Source of the DNA: Wolbachia endosymbiont of Cimex lectularius
Lineage (GTDB): Bacteria; Pseudomonadota; Alphaproteobacteria; Rickettsiales; Anaplasmataceae
Length of the DNA stretch: 32,000 nt
Direction: 5' to 3'
Assembly: GCF_000829315.1 (NCBI RefSeq)
Contig: NZ_AP013028.1
Span: forward strand, 690,001-722,000
The position numbers were made by a program, and so were the translations under genes. This document shows, one piece after another, positions 19,047 to 27,496 of the stretch; positions within the stretch are counted from its first letter, which is position 1; each line of letters opens with the position of its first letter. Below the pieces are notes generated by a model, which saw nothing but the letters and a program-made list of their open reading frames with translations, had not been told where the DNA came from and searched no databases.

Positions 19047-19073
19047 CTAGAGTTAGATTGTGAGAGTTTTTAT

Positions 19074-19688
19074 ATGACAACTGTTATCAATAGAAAGTAT
19101 AGAATCAGCCGTAGGCTTGGTATAAATTTGTGGGGTAGGGCAAAAGATCCAGTAAACAAAAGGAAATACCCTCCAGGTCAGCACGGTATTCTTGGATTCA
19201 AAAGATTATCTGATTTTGGTAAGCAATTCGCTGCACATAAGAAATTTAAGTTTTATTATGCAATTTCAAGTAAGCAACTCAGGCGTATATTCTTAGATGC
19301 TTATAACAGAAAAGGTTACACAGCTGATAATTTTATTGGTATCTTAGAATCAAGGTTAAGTTCTATTTTGTATCACTCTGGCCTTGTACCAACAATTTAT
19401 TCAGCAAAACAGCTCATATCTCATGAGCATGTTACAGTTAATGATGAAGTGGTTAATATATCGAGCTATCGAGTAAAATCTGGTGATATAATAAAAATAA
19501 GAGAGAGAGCAGCAAAAATCCCTATAGTAGTAGAGGCTGCGGAAAAACAAGAACGCAAGGCTCCAGACTATTTAGAAACAAACAGTAAGGAGCATTCAGT
19601 GAAGTTTTTAAGAGTGCCTCAATACTCTGAAGTTCCTTACTCAGCGGATATGGAAGTTAATTTAGTAGTAGAGTTCTACTCTAGGTAA
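19074..19688 (+). CDS. rpsD: 30S ribosomal protein S4
   Basis: [26 protein letters not shown]...PPGQHG. Start placed at the ATG at 19074, because the track TTG at 19017 is the -35 hexamer. Confidence 0.95.
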   Translation: MTTVINRKYRISRRLGINLWGRAKDPVNKRKYPPGQHGILGFKRLSDFGKQFAAHKKFKFYYAISSKQLRRIFLDAYNRKGYTADNFIGILESRLSSILYHSGLVPTIYSAKQLISHEHVTVNDEVVNISSYRVKSGDIIKIRERAAKIPIVVEAAEKQERKAPDYLETNSKEHSVKFLRVPQYSEVPYSADMEVNLVVEFYSR

Positions 19689-19698
19689 AATAAAAAAA

Positions 19699-19785
19699 GC
19701 CCGTGTGGCGGAATCGGTAGACGCAGCGGACTTAAAATCCGTGGGTTTTGCGACCTTGGGAGTTCAAGTCTCCCCATGGGCACCA
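19699..19785 (+). tRNA. tRNA-Leu (anticodon UAA), type II with long variable arm, CCA encoded
   Basis: Acceptor GCCCGTG/CATGGGC (one G-U), D-arm gcggaatcggtagacgc, anticodon loop cTTAAa, T-arm gggagttcaagtctccc, discriminator A plus CCA. Confidence 0.92.
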
Positions 19786-19813
19786 ATTTAGTTTGGCAGA
19801 GTGTTCAAGAAAT

Positions 19814-20008
19814 ATGAAATGGTTTGATATAGAAGACATCGCAGAAGCTTTAGAGGAAAAATTTCCAGACGAAGATATAGTTAATATCAGGTTTACTGAG
19901 CTTAAAAAAAAGGTCTTGGGTTTAGAAGGATTTGACGATGATGAAAAACGTTGTAACGAAAAAATACTCGAAGCCATTCAAGTAGCTTGGATTGGAGAAA
20001 GATCTTAG
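19814..20008 (+). CDS. iscX: Fe-S cluster assembly protein IscX (YfhJ family), 64 aa
   Basis: MKWFDIEDIAEALEEKFPDEDIVNIRFTEL...LEGFDDDEKRCNEKILEAIQVAW parallels E. coli IscX (..KWTDSREIGEAL...PD.DP..VRFTD....LEDFDDDP..SNEKILEAI..VW). The start is trimmed so that the ORF does not overlap the tRNA. Confidence 0.82.
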   Translation: MKWFDIEDIAEALEEKFPDEDIVNIRFTELKKKVLGLEGFDDDEKRCNEKILEAIQVAWIGERS

Positions 20009-20040
20009 ACCGCTGTTAAACGATCTAATTAGCGCTCCTT

Positions 20041-20565
20041 TTCTGTTATTCCAGTGCCCCTTTCTTGTCATCCAAGTAGCTGACACTAGAATCCAGGATA
20101 CTACTTTAGTTATAAATATTTAAAAAGTTTACCAAGCGAGAAAAAAAGCAAAAGAAGCCCTGGTCGGTGGCTAATTATTTATATGTACCTCAAATATCGG
20201 CGTTTTTATTCTCAGCGCTACGATTCAGCTACTTTTAAATGCAACTAACCAAAATTGTAAACGTTAAGAAATTTACTAAGCAGAAAAAAAGGCGAAAAAA
20301 CTCTAAGGCAGCTAGTATTCAAATTCTCCCTTGTCTATTTGACGTTCTATACTGTCTTAAACGACTTATAAGCGCGTTTCAGCTTGTATAGATAAAAACC
20401 AGAAGTTTTAAAAGACGTAAGGTGCACATAGTGCAAAAATTTAAACATGAGACGCCAAATACCCTAAGTTTTTTGTCATTAACCTGCACAGATTGCGAAG
20501 ATAAACAAATAGCTTCATAATAACAAGGTTGGTGAAGGTTGTCAAGTAGTTTTTTTCGTTTCTAT
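20041..20565 (+). repeat. Composite ~0.5-kb repeat, copy F2
   Basis: Order: palindromic head (20041-20105), two tandem ~125-150-nt modules starting near 20113 and 20262, then a ~200-nt tail ending in the promoter-like module. Collinear with 27497-27945. Confidence 0.8.
20517..20545 (-). promoter_or_regulatory. Promoter-like module in repeat F2 (TTGACA-N17-TATTAT on the minus strand)
   Basis: Plus strand has tgtcaa at 20540-20545 and ataata at 20517-20522, with 17 nt between. Upstream A-tract on the minus strand. Confidence 0.5.
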
Positions 20566-20723
20566 TGCTAAAAAATCTGAATCCAGCTAGCTGCGCATAG
20601 TTGGTAACAGCTTAGAAAGCAGATTTTAAGCTTAAAATTATACCTAAAAAAAATAACTTGATTGTGTATGCTAATATGCGTATATGCTAGATTTATTATT
20701 GATCTCATTAAAGGAGGGTTATT

Positions 20724-21176
20724 ATGAATACAAACATATGGAAGTGGGGAAACACGTTACACATAACAAAAATGGGCATTGAAGGTACAGTTGCACTTGC
20801 GTCTTTAGCAGCAGCAATAACAACGGTATTAATTGCTACTAATATAGTTGCTGTACCTGAGTCTTTGGCGCTTATTAGCACAATTGTTAACCCTATTGGA
20901 ATTGCAGCGCTATTTATTGCTGCTATATATTTCACTATACTAGCTATTTCTTCATATCAGCAAATGCGCAAGAATGAAGAAATAGGTGAAGCTAAGTCAT
21001 CTGGAGGTACTGGGGAAGTTGAAGCAAAAATCGCTGGTTTAGCTACCAAAGCTGACCTAAACACAAAAGCTGACAAGAGTGATGTTGATCGCCAAATTGG
21101 AGATATACAAACAAAACTGAACGAGTTGAGTGTTAAACAGCATCAGGCTTCCGCAGCCACGGTTTTAGGTTATTGA
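20724..21176 (+). CDS. Hypothetical membrane protein (150 aa; two TM helices plus a C-terminal coiled-coil/KAD-repeat tail)
   Basis: Strong Shine-Dalgarno aaaggaggg 7 nt upstream of the ATG and a strong terminator directly downstream. No family recognised. Confidence 0.6.
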   Translation: MNTNIWKWGNTLHITKMGIEGTVALASLAAAITTVLIATNIVAVPESLALISTIVNPIGIAALFIAAIYFTILAISSYQQMRKNEEIGEAKSSGGTGEVEAKIAGLATKADLNTKADKSDVDRQIGDIQTKLNELSVKQHQASAATVLGY

Positions 21177-21183
21177 CACTATT

Positions 21184-21210
21184 AGAGGTAGATTTTCTAC
21201 CTCTTTTTTT
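21184..21210 (+). terminator. Rho-independent terminator
   Basis: agaggtaga / ttt / tctacctct, a perfect 9-bp stem followed by a run of six T (21205-21210). Confidence 0.85.
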
Positions 21211-21232
21211 ATATTCAAGCATATAAAAGCTA

Positions 21233-22312
21233 TTATAATCTATCCCAAACCTCGACTATATCCTCATCAAAGTCTATTACTTCTGCTTTTTTAAATCGGT
21301 AGCAGTTGCTGATGGATTGAATTCCTAAATCTCCTACAAAAGGAATAGCATCATTGCCTAGAATTTTACCGCTGCGGCAGATTATCAGCCTGTCGATTAA
21401 ATTATGCTTCAGTAGCTCTGTGATCAGCGTTCCTCCACCTTCAACTAATAACCTTGTTATGCCAACCTCTGAAACAAGTTTTGATGCCGTGTCTTTCAAG
21501 CAGACTTTGCCTACACTGTTTGAATTAACTACTAGATAGTCAATGTTTTTTATTTTCCCCTCTACTTCTCTATTTGTGATCACCCAAGTTGTTACTTTAT
21601 CTGCAGTCTTTGCAATATTGTGCTCTTCTTTCAATTTTCCCTGGCTATCTATAATTAGTCTTATGGGTGACCTATCTTCAAGTTTTGGTAATCTGCAAGT
21701 CAAAAGTGGATTGTCATTAATGAGGGTATTGCTGCCAATCATAATTGCATCATATTTTGCTCTAAGCTCATGTACCCAATTCCTTGTATTTTCGCTTGTT
21801 ATCCATTTGCTATCACCTGTAAATGTTGCGATTTTTCCATCAAGAGTTGTTGCAATTTTGCAAGCTGTAAATGGTCTGTGTAATTTCCGAGTGGTGAAGA
21901 AGCCGATATTCAATTTTTCTGCCTCCTCTTGCATAATTCCTTGTTTCACTTCAATTCCTGCTTCCTTTAGGGCTTTAATGCCTCCACCTAAAACTCTTGT
22001 GTCGGGGTCGATTGTTGCAATTACTACCCTTTTTATTCCAGCTCTTGTGATTTCCGCGGTGCAAGGTTTTGTAACTCCAAAATGGCAACACGGCTCAAGA
22101 GTAACGTACATAGTTGCGCCGTGAGTTGAATCTTTAGCACTTTGCAAAGCAACTACTTCTGCATGTGGGCGCCCGCCGATTCCTGTATGGCCTTCACCAA
22201 CTACCACACCATCTTTTGCAATGACACACCCAACAGCAGGATTTGGTGCAACACTTCCGAGGGTTTTTTCAGCAAGCTTTAGTGCCATTGACATGAAATG
22301 ATCGTCGGTCAT
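21233..22312 (-). CDS. ribD: Bifunctional riboflavin biosynthesis protein RibD (pyrimidine deaminase/uracil reductase)
   Basis: Deaminase zinc motifs HAEVVAL and TLEPCCHFGVTKPC, plus the C-terminal reductase domain. Confidence 0.94.
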   Translation of the reverse strand: MTDDHFMSMALKLAEKTLGSVAPNPAVGCVIAKDGVVVGEGHTGIGGRPHAEVVALQSAKDSTHGATMYVTLEPCCHFGVTKPCTAEITRAGIKRVVIATIDPDTRVLGGGIKALKEAGIEVKQGIMQEEAEKLNIGFFTTRKLHRPFTACKIATTLDGKIATFTGDSKWITSENTRNWVHELRAKYDAIMIGSNTLINDNPLLTCRLPKLEDRSPIRLIIDSQGKLKEEHNIAKTADKVTTWVITNREVEGKIKNIDYLVVNSNSVGKVCLKDTASKLVSEVGITRLLVEGGGTLITELLKHNLIDRLIICRSGKILGNDAIPFVGDLGIQSISNCYRFKKAEVIDFDEDIVEVWDRL

Positions 22313-23511
22313 TAGAAAGAAGTCATTTCATATGAGGTATCAAAAATTCTTCTATGCTCGTGTATAGCAAATCTATCTGTCATGCCTGAGATATAGTCGC
22401 ATATTACTACTGAACGCTGGAATTGATAAGAGAGCTTGTTCCACTCTGTGGGCAATAATCCTGGGTTTTCATAAAAACATTGAAAGAGCTCCTGTACTAT
22501 ACGTTTTGCTTTGTTCATCGTTCTGTTCAGTTTATAGCTCCTATATATTTTTTCCATGTTGAATTTTTTCATTTCTTTTGTGGCATTTGCAACTTCTGGT
22601 GAAAATGTAACTAACATCTTATTTAAACCTCTTACGTCCTCTACGCTTTTTATTTTATAATCTTCAATATTTTTTTTAGTCTGAGAAACAACATCACTTA
22701 TCATAATTCCTACAGTTCTACTCAGTGATTCATGTATGAGCTTACACTTAGGCAATTTTGAATATCTACTCTTTACGTCTTTAAACGTTTCTCCAATTAA
22801 AGGAATATCGAGCAAGTCTTCTACAGTTACTAAATTTGCCCTGAGTGCATCGTCAAGATCATGAACACCGTATGCAATATCATCAGCAATTGAGGCAACT
22901 TGTGCTTCAACGCTTGAGAATTCTTCAAGTTTTAGATCATATTTTTCATTATATTCTAGCAATAGTTGATTATTTGTGTGGGATACTGCATTCCGACCAA
23001 GTAAGGGACCGTTATGCTTTGCAACGCCTTCAATAACTTCCCAACTTAGATTCATACCATCAAAGTCAGCATGTTTTTGCTCAAGATAAGTTAAAATCCT
23101 TATAGCCTGAACGTTATGGTCAAATTCATACTTCTCGCTATCAAGATTCAAATCTTGAACTGATTTCTTTAGAGCATCCTCTCCTGTGTGACCAAACGGA
23201 GGATGACCAAGGTCATGTGCAAGCGCTATGCATTCGGTAATATCCTCATATAAACCGAGTCTACGTGCAATAGATCTTGCAATTTGTGCAACTTCAAGGC
23301 TATGAGTAAGCCGAGTGCGATAGTAGTCGTGCTCATAATTGATAAAAACTTGTGTTTTGTATTCCAATTTTCTAAACGCATTAGAGTGAATGATGCGATC
23401 CCTATCACGCTGAAAACAGCTGCGGTTTTCATCTTCTGGCTCTTTAAAGTATCTTCCTCTTGTTTTACTTGGGAAACACGCATAACTTAATAGAAAATTA
23501 TTGTTTGACAT
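22312..23511 (-). CDS. dgt: dGTP triphosphohydrolase-like HD-domain protein
   Basis: RTRLTHSLEVAQIARSIARRLGL...ALAHDLGHPPFGH. Its stop overlaps the ribD start by 1 nt. Confidence 0.9.
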   Translation of the reverse strand: MSNNNFLLSYACFPSKTRGRYFKEPEDENRSCFQRDRDRIIHSNAFRKLEYKTQVFINYEHDYYRTRLTHSLEVAQIARSIARRLGLYEDITECIALAHDLGHPPFGHTGEDALKKSVQDLNLDSEKYEFDHNVQAIRILTYLEQKHADFDGMNLSWEVIEGVAKHNGPLLGRNAVSHTNNQLLLEYNEKYDLKLEEFSSVEAQVASIADDIAYGVHDLDDALRANLVTVEDLLDIPLIGETFKDVKSRYSKLPKCKLIHESLSRTVGIMISDVVSQTKKNIEDYKIKSVEDVRGLNKMLVTFSPEVANATKEMKKFNMEKIYRSYKLNRTMNKAKRIVQELFQCFYENPGLLPTEWNKLSYQFQRSVVICDYISGMTDRFAIHEHRRIFDTSYEMTSF

Positions 23512-23558
23512 GTAAAATTTCTACTATAATAAATTATCAATAATAAACGGTAGTGACT

Positions 23559-24020
23559 ATGTCAACAGATTACAATATTAACTTGACTGACAATGCGTTA
23601 AAGAAAATTCACTCCCTTGTAGAGCAGGAAGAGGACAAAAGTTCTGTTTTGCGAGTTGCAGTTTCAGGTGGCGGATGTTCTGGCTTCAAGTATAATTTTC
23701 TTATAGATCAAATAAATAAAAGTCTATCTTTGAGTGATGACGACGATGATGATTACGATGATGAATTTGATGACGACGATGATGACGATTATGAAGAAAG
23801 CGAGGATTATAGAGGCCACTCTAGCTTTAGCAGGAAAAGCAAAGATATAGTAATTAACGACGAAAATGGAAACCCTGTATTAATGGTTGATAATTGTTCG
23901 GCGAAATTTTTAAATAACTCAACTATAGATTACACTGAAGATCTAAGTGGTTCTGGGTTTCAAATAAAAAATACTCTTGCTAAGTCTCAATGTGGGTGTG
24001 GTAACAGCTTCTCAGTTTAA
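23559..24020 (+). CDS. erpA: HesB/IscA/ErpA-family Fe-S cluster insertion protein with an internal acidic insertion
   Basis: LRVAVSGGGCSGFKYNF...IDYTEDLSGSGFQIKN..AKSQCGCGNSFSV is the canonical A-type carrier pattern. ATG at 23559 preferred over the GTG at 23553. Confidence 0.85.
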   Translation: MSTDYNINLTDNALKKIHSLVEQEEDKSSVLRVAVSGGGCSGFKYNFLIDQINKSLSLSDDDDDDYDDEFDDDDDDDYEESEDYRGHSSFSRKSKDIVINDENGNPVLMVDNCSAKFLNNSTIDYTEDLSGSGFQIKNTLAKSQCGCGNSFSV

Positions 24021-24044
24021 TTATGCCTCCTAGGCCTTTTCAAC

Positions 24045-24719
24045 ATGGGTGGTGATGTAGCACTAGAGCTAACTTCTGTAGATAAGAGCTTCAAAGAAGC
24101 TCCTGCTGTTATAAAAGATATAAATCTAAGGGTCGCGAAAGGACAAGTAGTTGCACTGATTGGCAGTTCAGGATCAGGAAAAACAACTATATTGCAAATT
24201 GCAGGTTTATTGGATAAGCCAACTTCAGGTATAGTAACGATAGATGGAGTAAATTGTACACAAGCCAGCAATAAACATAAAACTCATATAAGAAGAAGTT
24301 TTTTGAGCTTTGTTTATCAATTTCACTATTTGTTACAGGAGTTATCGGTATTGGAAAATGTTATGCTTCCTCAGCTCATTGCAGGAAGAAGCAAAACTGA
24401 GGCAATAAAAAATGCGCAGACAATGTTGGAAAAATTTGGTCTGGAAGACAAAGCCAGTAGTATGATATCTGAAATTTCTGGCGGAGAGAGGCAAAGAGTT
24501 GCAATTGCAAGAAGCGTTGTAAATTCCCCAAGACTTTTACTTGCAGATGAACCAACGGGAAATTTAGATCCAACAAATTCTTTGAATGTGTTTTTGCTAT
24601 TATATTCGTATGTAAAGGAAAATAATAGCTCTATGCTTATAGTAACACACAACCACCTCCTTGCAGAAAAGGCAGACTGTATTTTACAGTTAAAGGATAG
24701 ATCACTGGTAAAATTGTGA
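24045..24719 (+). CDS. lolD: Lipoprotein-releasing system ATP-binding protein LolD
   Basis: Walker A GSSGSGKTT, LolD-type motif SFVYQFHYLL, signature SGGERQRVAIAR, Walker B LLLADEPTGNLD. Confidence 0.85.
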   Translation: MGGDVALELTSVDKSFKEAPAVIKDINLRVAKGQVVALIGSSGSGKTTILQIAGLLDKPTSGIVTIDGVNCTQASNKHKTHIRRSFLSFVYQFHYLLQELSVLENVMLPQLIAGRSKTEAIKNAQTMLEKFGLEDKASSMISEISGGERQRVAIARSVVNSPRLLLADEPTGNLDPTNSLNVFLLLYSYVKENNSSMLIVTHNHLLAEKADCILQLKDRSLVKL

Positions 24720-24969
24720 ATGGATGTAGTATAGAACTAGAATCTATTGAGCTACTATCTTGTACTTACCTAACCAATGGTCATTAACAGGGTATAGTCT
24801 GCACGAAGTACTTTCATTACCTTTTATACACGGGCTTTTTAACTTGCGTGACTTGCTTAGAAGGCACCCTGATAGCATAGACGCAATTAAAACAAGAAAT
24901 AATAACTTCCTAAACATAACAAAACCTTTTTGTTTATATTACTACACTCATTTTTCTTGTTTGTAAAGA

Positions 24970-25668
24970 TTAAGCGTACTCTCTTATTTTCACCTCTTTT
25001 TTGGTCTTTTGAGAAGAAATAGCTGCACTATTCAAGCGCAGTTTTATATAGTCGTCTATAATTTGAACTACCTCCTCTTCTTTATCTCTTAAGAAATGAT
25101 TAGTATCGTCTATAATGTGGTATTCCATATGGTCACTTTTTACTGAGTTCATCAGCCTTTTTGCTAGTTCTGTTACATCGCTTTCTTCTGAGATTGTATC
25201 ATTACTGCTTTGTATTATAAGCCCAGGAACCGGACAGAGAGAGAAAAAAGAGAAGTCGTACTTTGTTGCCGGAGGAGAAAGGGCAACAAAACCTACTACC
25301 TCAGGGCGGCGCATTGTTAATTGCATAGCTACCCATGCTCCGAAAGAAAAACCAACTATCCAAATTGGAACGTTGCTAGGATTATGTTCTTGGAGCCAAT
25401 CAATAGCTACTGCAGCATCAGTTAATTCCCCTATACCCTTATCGAAAGTTCCGGTGGACTTTCCCACACCACGGAAATTGATTTTCAATGCAGAAAAGCT
25501 GTTGCCGATAAAAGATGCGTATATATTATGTATTATTTTACTATTCATATTGCCACCATATTGGGGGTGGTGGTGTAAAATTAGCACAACTGGCGCGTTA
25601 GCTTCCCTACTTTGGTGATACTCACCTTCTATTTTTTTTGCTGCATTATTCAAAAAAACTTCTACCAC
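24970..25668 (-). CDS. Alpha/beta-fold hydrolase (232 aa)
   Basis: Nucleophile elbow GFSFGA, upstream LILHHHP..GG, C-terminal D/H candidates. Confidence 0.75.
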   Translation of the reverse strand: MVEVFLNNAAKKIEGEYHQSREANAPVVLILHHHPQYGGNMNSKIIHNIYASFIGNSFSALKINFRGVGKSTGTFDKGIGELTDAAVAIDWLQEHNPSNVPIWIVGFSFGAWVAMQLTMRRPEVVGFVALSPPATKYDFSFFSLCPVPGLIIQSSNDTISEESDVTELAKRLMNSVKSDHMEYHIIDDTNHFLRDKEEEVVQIIDDYIKLRLNSAAISSQKTKKEVKIREYA

Positions 25669-25839
25669 GTAGCTCCTAATAAAAACCTGCTTGACAGATA
25701 TTAACTAATGTAAATCGTGTATATATTAATTATATATTAATTTTACTGTTTTTGCAACAAGCTTTAAATCATACTTTTTATCATGTTAAGCTAATATATA
25801 TGACTGTTATAGCGAGTAGTAAAGAGTTTTCCTAATAAA

Positions 25840-26988
25840 ATGACAGATAAATCTTCAAGTCCCTTTTCTTTAGGTAGTGATTACGTATATGCTGACTATA
25901 ATGCAACTTCCCCAATTATCGACAGTGTAAAGAAGAGTATACTTGAGGTCTTATCAAAACAAATTCTGAATCCTTCATCATTACACAGAAGGGGACAAGA
26001 GGCGAGAAAGATTCTCCAGGATGCAAGAGATAATGTTCGTGGGATTATTGGCGCTTTAGGTGATAAAGAAGTAGTTTTTACGTCTGGTGCGACTGAAGCA
26101 AATAATCTTGTTATGAGAGGGATAGCGGGCTATCGATATGTAATTTCAGCTATAGAGCACCCTTCAATTCTCAATTCTGCGTATAATCCACATATAATAC
26201 CCGTTAATCAAGAAGGTGTTGTTGATCTTTTAGAGCTAGAAAAGATTCTGAGCAAACTTGAGAGGGATAGAGTAATAGTTTCAGTGATGATGGCTAATAA
26301 CGAAACTGGGGTTATTCAGCCTGTTAAGGAAGTAGCTGAAATAGCACATAAATTTGGAGCAATCTGTCACACCGATGCTGCTCAAAGCGTTGGAAAAATT
26401 GAAGTTAATATGGAAGATTTAGGGGTGGATTTACTCACTTTGTCCGCTCATAAATTCGGCGGTATAGCGGGTAGTGGAGTTTTAATATACGACAAAAAGC
26501 TTGTAATAGAACCTATCATAATAGGTGGCGGGCAAGAGAAAGGATTACGAGGTGGTACGGAAAATATTGTTGCAATTGCAGGTCTTTCTGCTGCATTGCG
26601 AGATATCCCAGATCTTCTATCAAAAATGGATGAAATAAAGAAGCTACGCGATCAATTGGAGTGTGAGCTGTTAAACTTTGCCAGCGGTATCAAAATCTTC
26701 GGTAAAAACTCCAAAAGGTTACCAAATACAAGTCTCATTTATATGCCGAAAGTAAGGAATGGCGTGCAGCTCATGCATTTTGACTTAAATAACATTGCAG
26801 TTAGCAATGGCTCTGCATGTTCTTCTGGAAAAGTTGAACCTTCCCATGTTTTGCTTGCAATGGGGGCAACAAAAGAGCAAGCAGAGTGTTCGATTAGAAT
26901 CAGTATAGGTCCAAAAACTAAACCACGAGACGTAGAAAAAATAGTGGATTGTTGGTATAATATCTATAAGAAGAACACTTTGGTATAG
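25840..26988 (+). CDS. Cysteine desulfurase, NifS/IscS family (class V aminotransferase), 382 aa
   Basis: PLP-lysine motif LSAHKFGG, TSGATEANN, and the active-site loop SNGSACSSG. Confidence 0.9.
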   Translation: MTDKSSSPFSLGSDYVYADYNATSPIIDSVKKSILEVLSKQILNPSSLHRRGQEARKILQDARDNVRGIIGALGDKEVVFTSGATEANNLVMRGIAGYRYVISAIEHPSILNSAYNPHIIPVNQEGVVDLLELEKILSKLERDRVIVSVMMANNETGVIQPVKEVAEIAHKFGAICHTDAAQSVGKIEVNMEDLGVDLLTLSAHKFGGIAGSGVLIYDKKLVIEPIIIGGGQEKGLRGGTENIVAIAGLSAALRDIPDLLSKMDEIKKLRDQLECELLNFASGIKIFGKNSKRLPNTSLIYMPKVRNGVQLMHFDLNNIAVSNGSACSSGKVEPSHVLLAMGATKEQAECSIRISIGPKTKPRDVEKIVDCWYNIYKKNTLV

Positions 26989-27077
26989 ATAAGATATCAA
27001 AAAAAACTACTTGGGTTGATAGAGAATTGCAATTTTGAAACCATCGATTAGGTCTTATCGCTACAGTCTCCCTATCA

Positions 27078-27110
27078 GAACCGTGCATGCGAATTTCCCG
27101 CACACGGTTC
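27078..27110 (-). ncRNA. Group II intron domain V-like hairpin (probable intron remnant)
   Basis: The minus strand reads GAACCGUGUGCGGGAAAUUCGCAUGCACGGUUC. Compare the classical domain V GAGCCGUAUGCGAUGAAAGUCGCACGUACGGUUC: same lower helix, 2-nt bulge and GAAA-containing apical loop. It is 1 nt shorter and has AAC in place of the AGC triad. Confidence 0.45.
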
Positions 27111-27496
27111 CACAATATAGTGTTCACAATATTTACTTCTGTGCATATAAGGAAACACATATTCTTGGCTTCGGTATACCAATTCCCATCACACAGGGAG
27201 CAGATATGCCACACGCTATTCTACTTGTTTCAGTATGGGCCTTTTCCTCGTTATTGTCCTATGTAATGGGAATTGGTATAAGCAATCAATCCAGTCAACA
27301 GTATCACTCCTTGCTCATTATAGACTTACAGCTTTGATTTAATATACAATCCAGGAAAATTTGCTTGTTCACAAGCAAACTGATTTGGTGATCATGGAAA
27401 GTAGCTAATCTTATGCTAAAAACGTTCTTGGTGAGGTTGCGTGATAAAGGCTGGACAGAATTACACCTTCTACCCAATTTATGAATTACAACTAGC

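Noticed and set aside
19017-19073. N-terminal extension of rpsD from the TTG at 19017; likewise the iscX extension from 19748 and the minus-strand ORF 19732-19977
   Set aside because: The TTG at 19017 is the -35 hexamer of the likely promoter, and S4 homology begins at MTTVINRKY. The 19748 start and the minus-strand ORF overlap the tRNA-Leu gene.
20113-20320. Regularly spaced ~50-nt units (also at 27505-27690); considered as a CRISPR-like array
   Set aside because: There are only two units per locus, the spacing is unequal (about 149 versus 125 nt), the 'spacers' are homologous to each other, and there are no cas genes. They are tandem modules of a dispersed repeat.
21354-22124. Plus-strand ORFs of 61 aa and 193 aa inside ribD. 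Similar cases: 22845-23036 and 23284-23490 (antisense) and 23226-23483 (same strand, off-frame) in dgt; 24017-24271 spanning the erpA stop and the lolD 5' end; 24371-24652 and 24376-24576 in lolD; 25115-25618 in the hydrolase.
   Set aside because: These are antisense or off-frame shadows of well-supported genes, with a hydrophobic/serine-rich composition typical of spurious frames in AT-rich DNA.
24760-24966. 68-aa ORF between the convergent lolD and hydrolase genes
   Set aside because: No SD and no family resemblance. It lies in a convergent-terminator spacer and is probably non-coding.
26918-27337. ORFs of 98 aa (minus) and 100 aa (plus) across the domain V-like region; examined for reverse-transcriptase, maturase or HNH motifs
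   Set aside because: No RT (YADD), maturase or HNH motifs are present. The minus-strand frame is closed by TAG just upstream of its start. These are treated as non-coding remnant sequence.
27360-27379. Perfect 9-bp inverted repeat tttgcttgt-tc-acaagcaaa, terminator-like on the minus strand (followed by tttt)
   Set aside because: The T-tract is only 4 nt and no gene ends nearby on that strand. It may be part of the putative intron remnant, so it is not called as a terminator.
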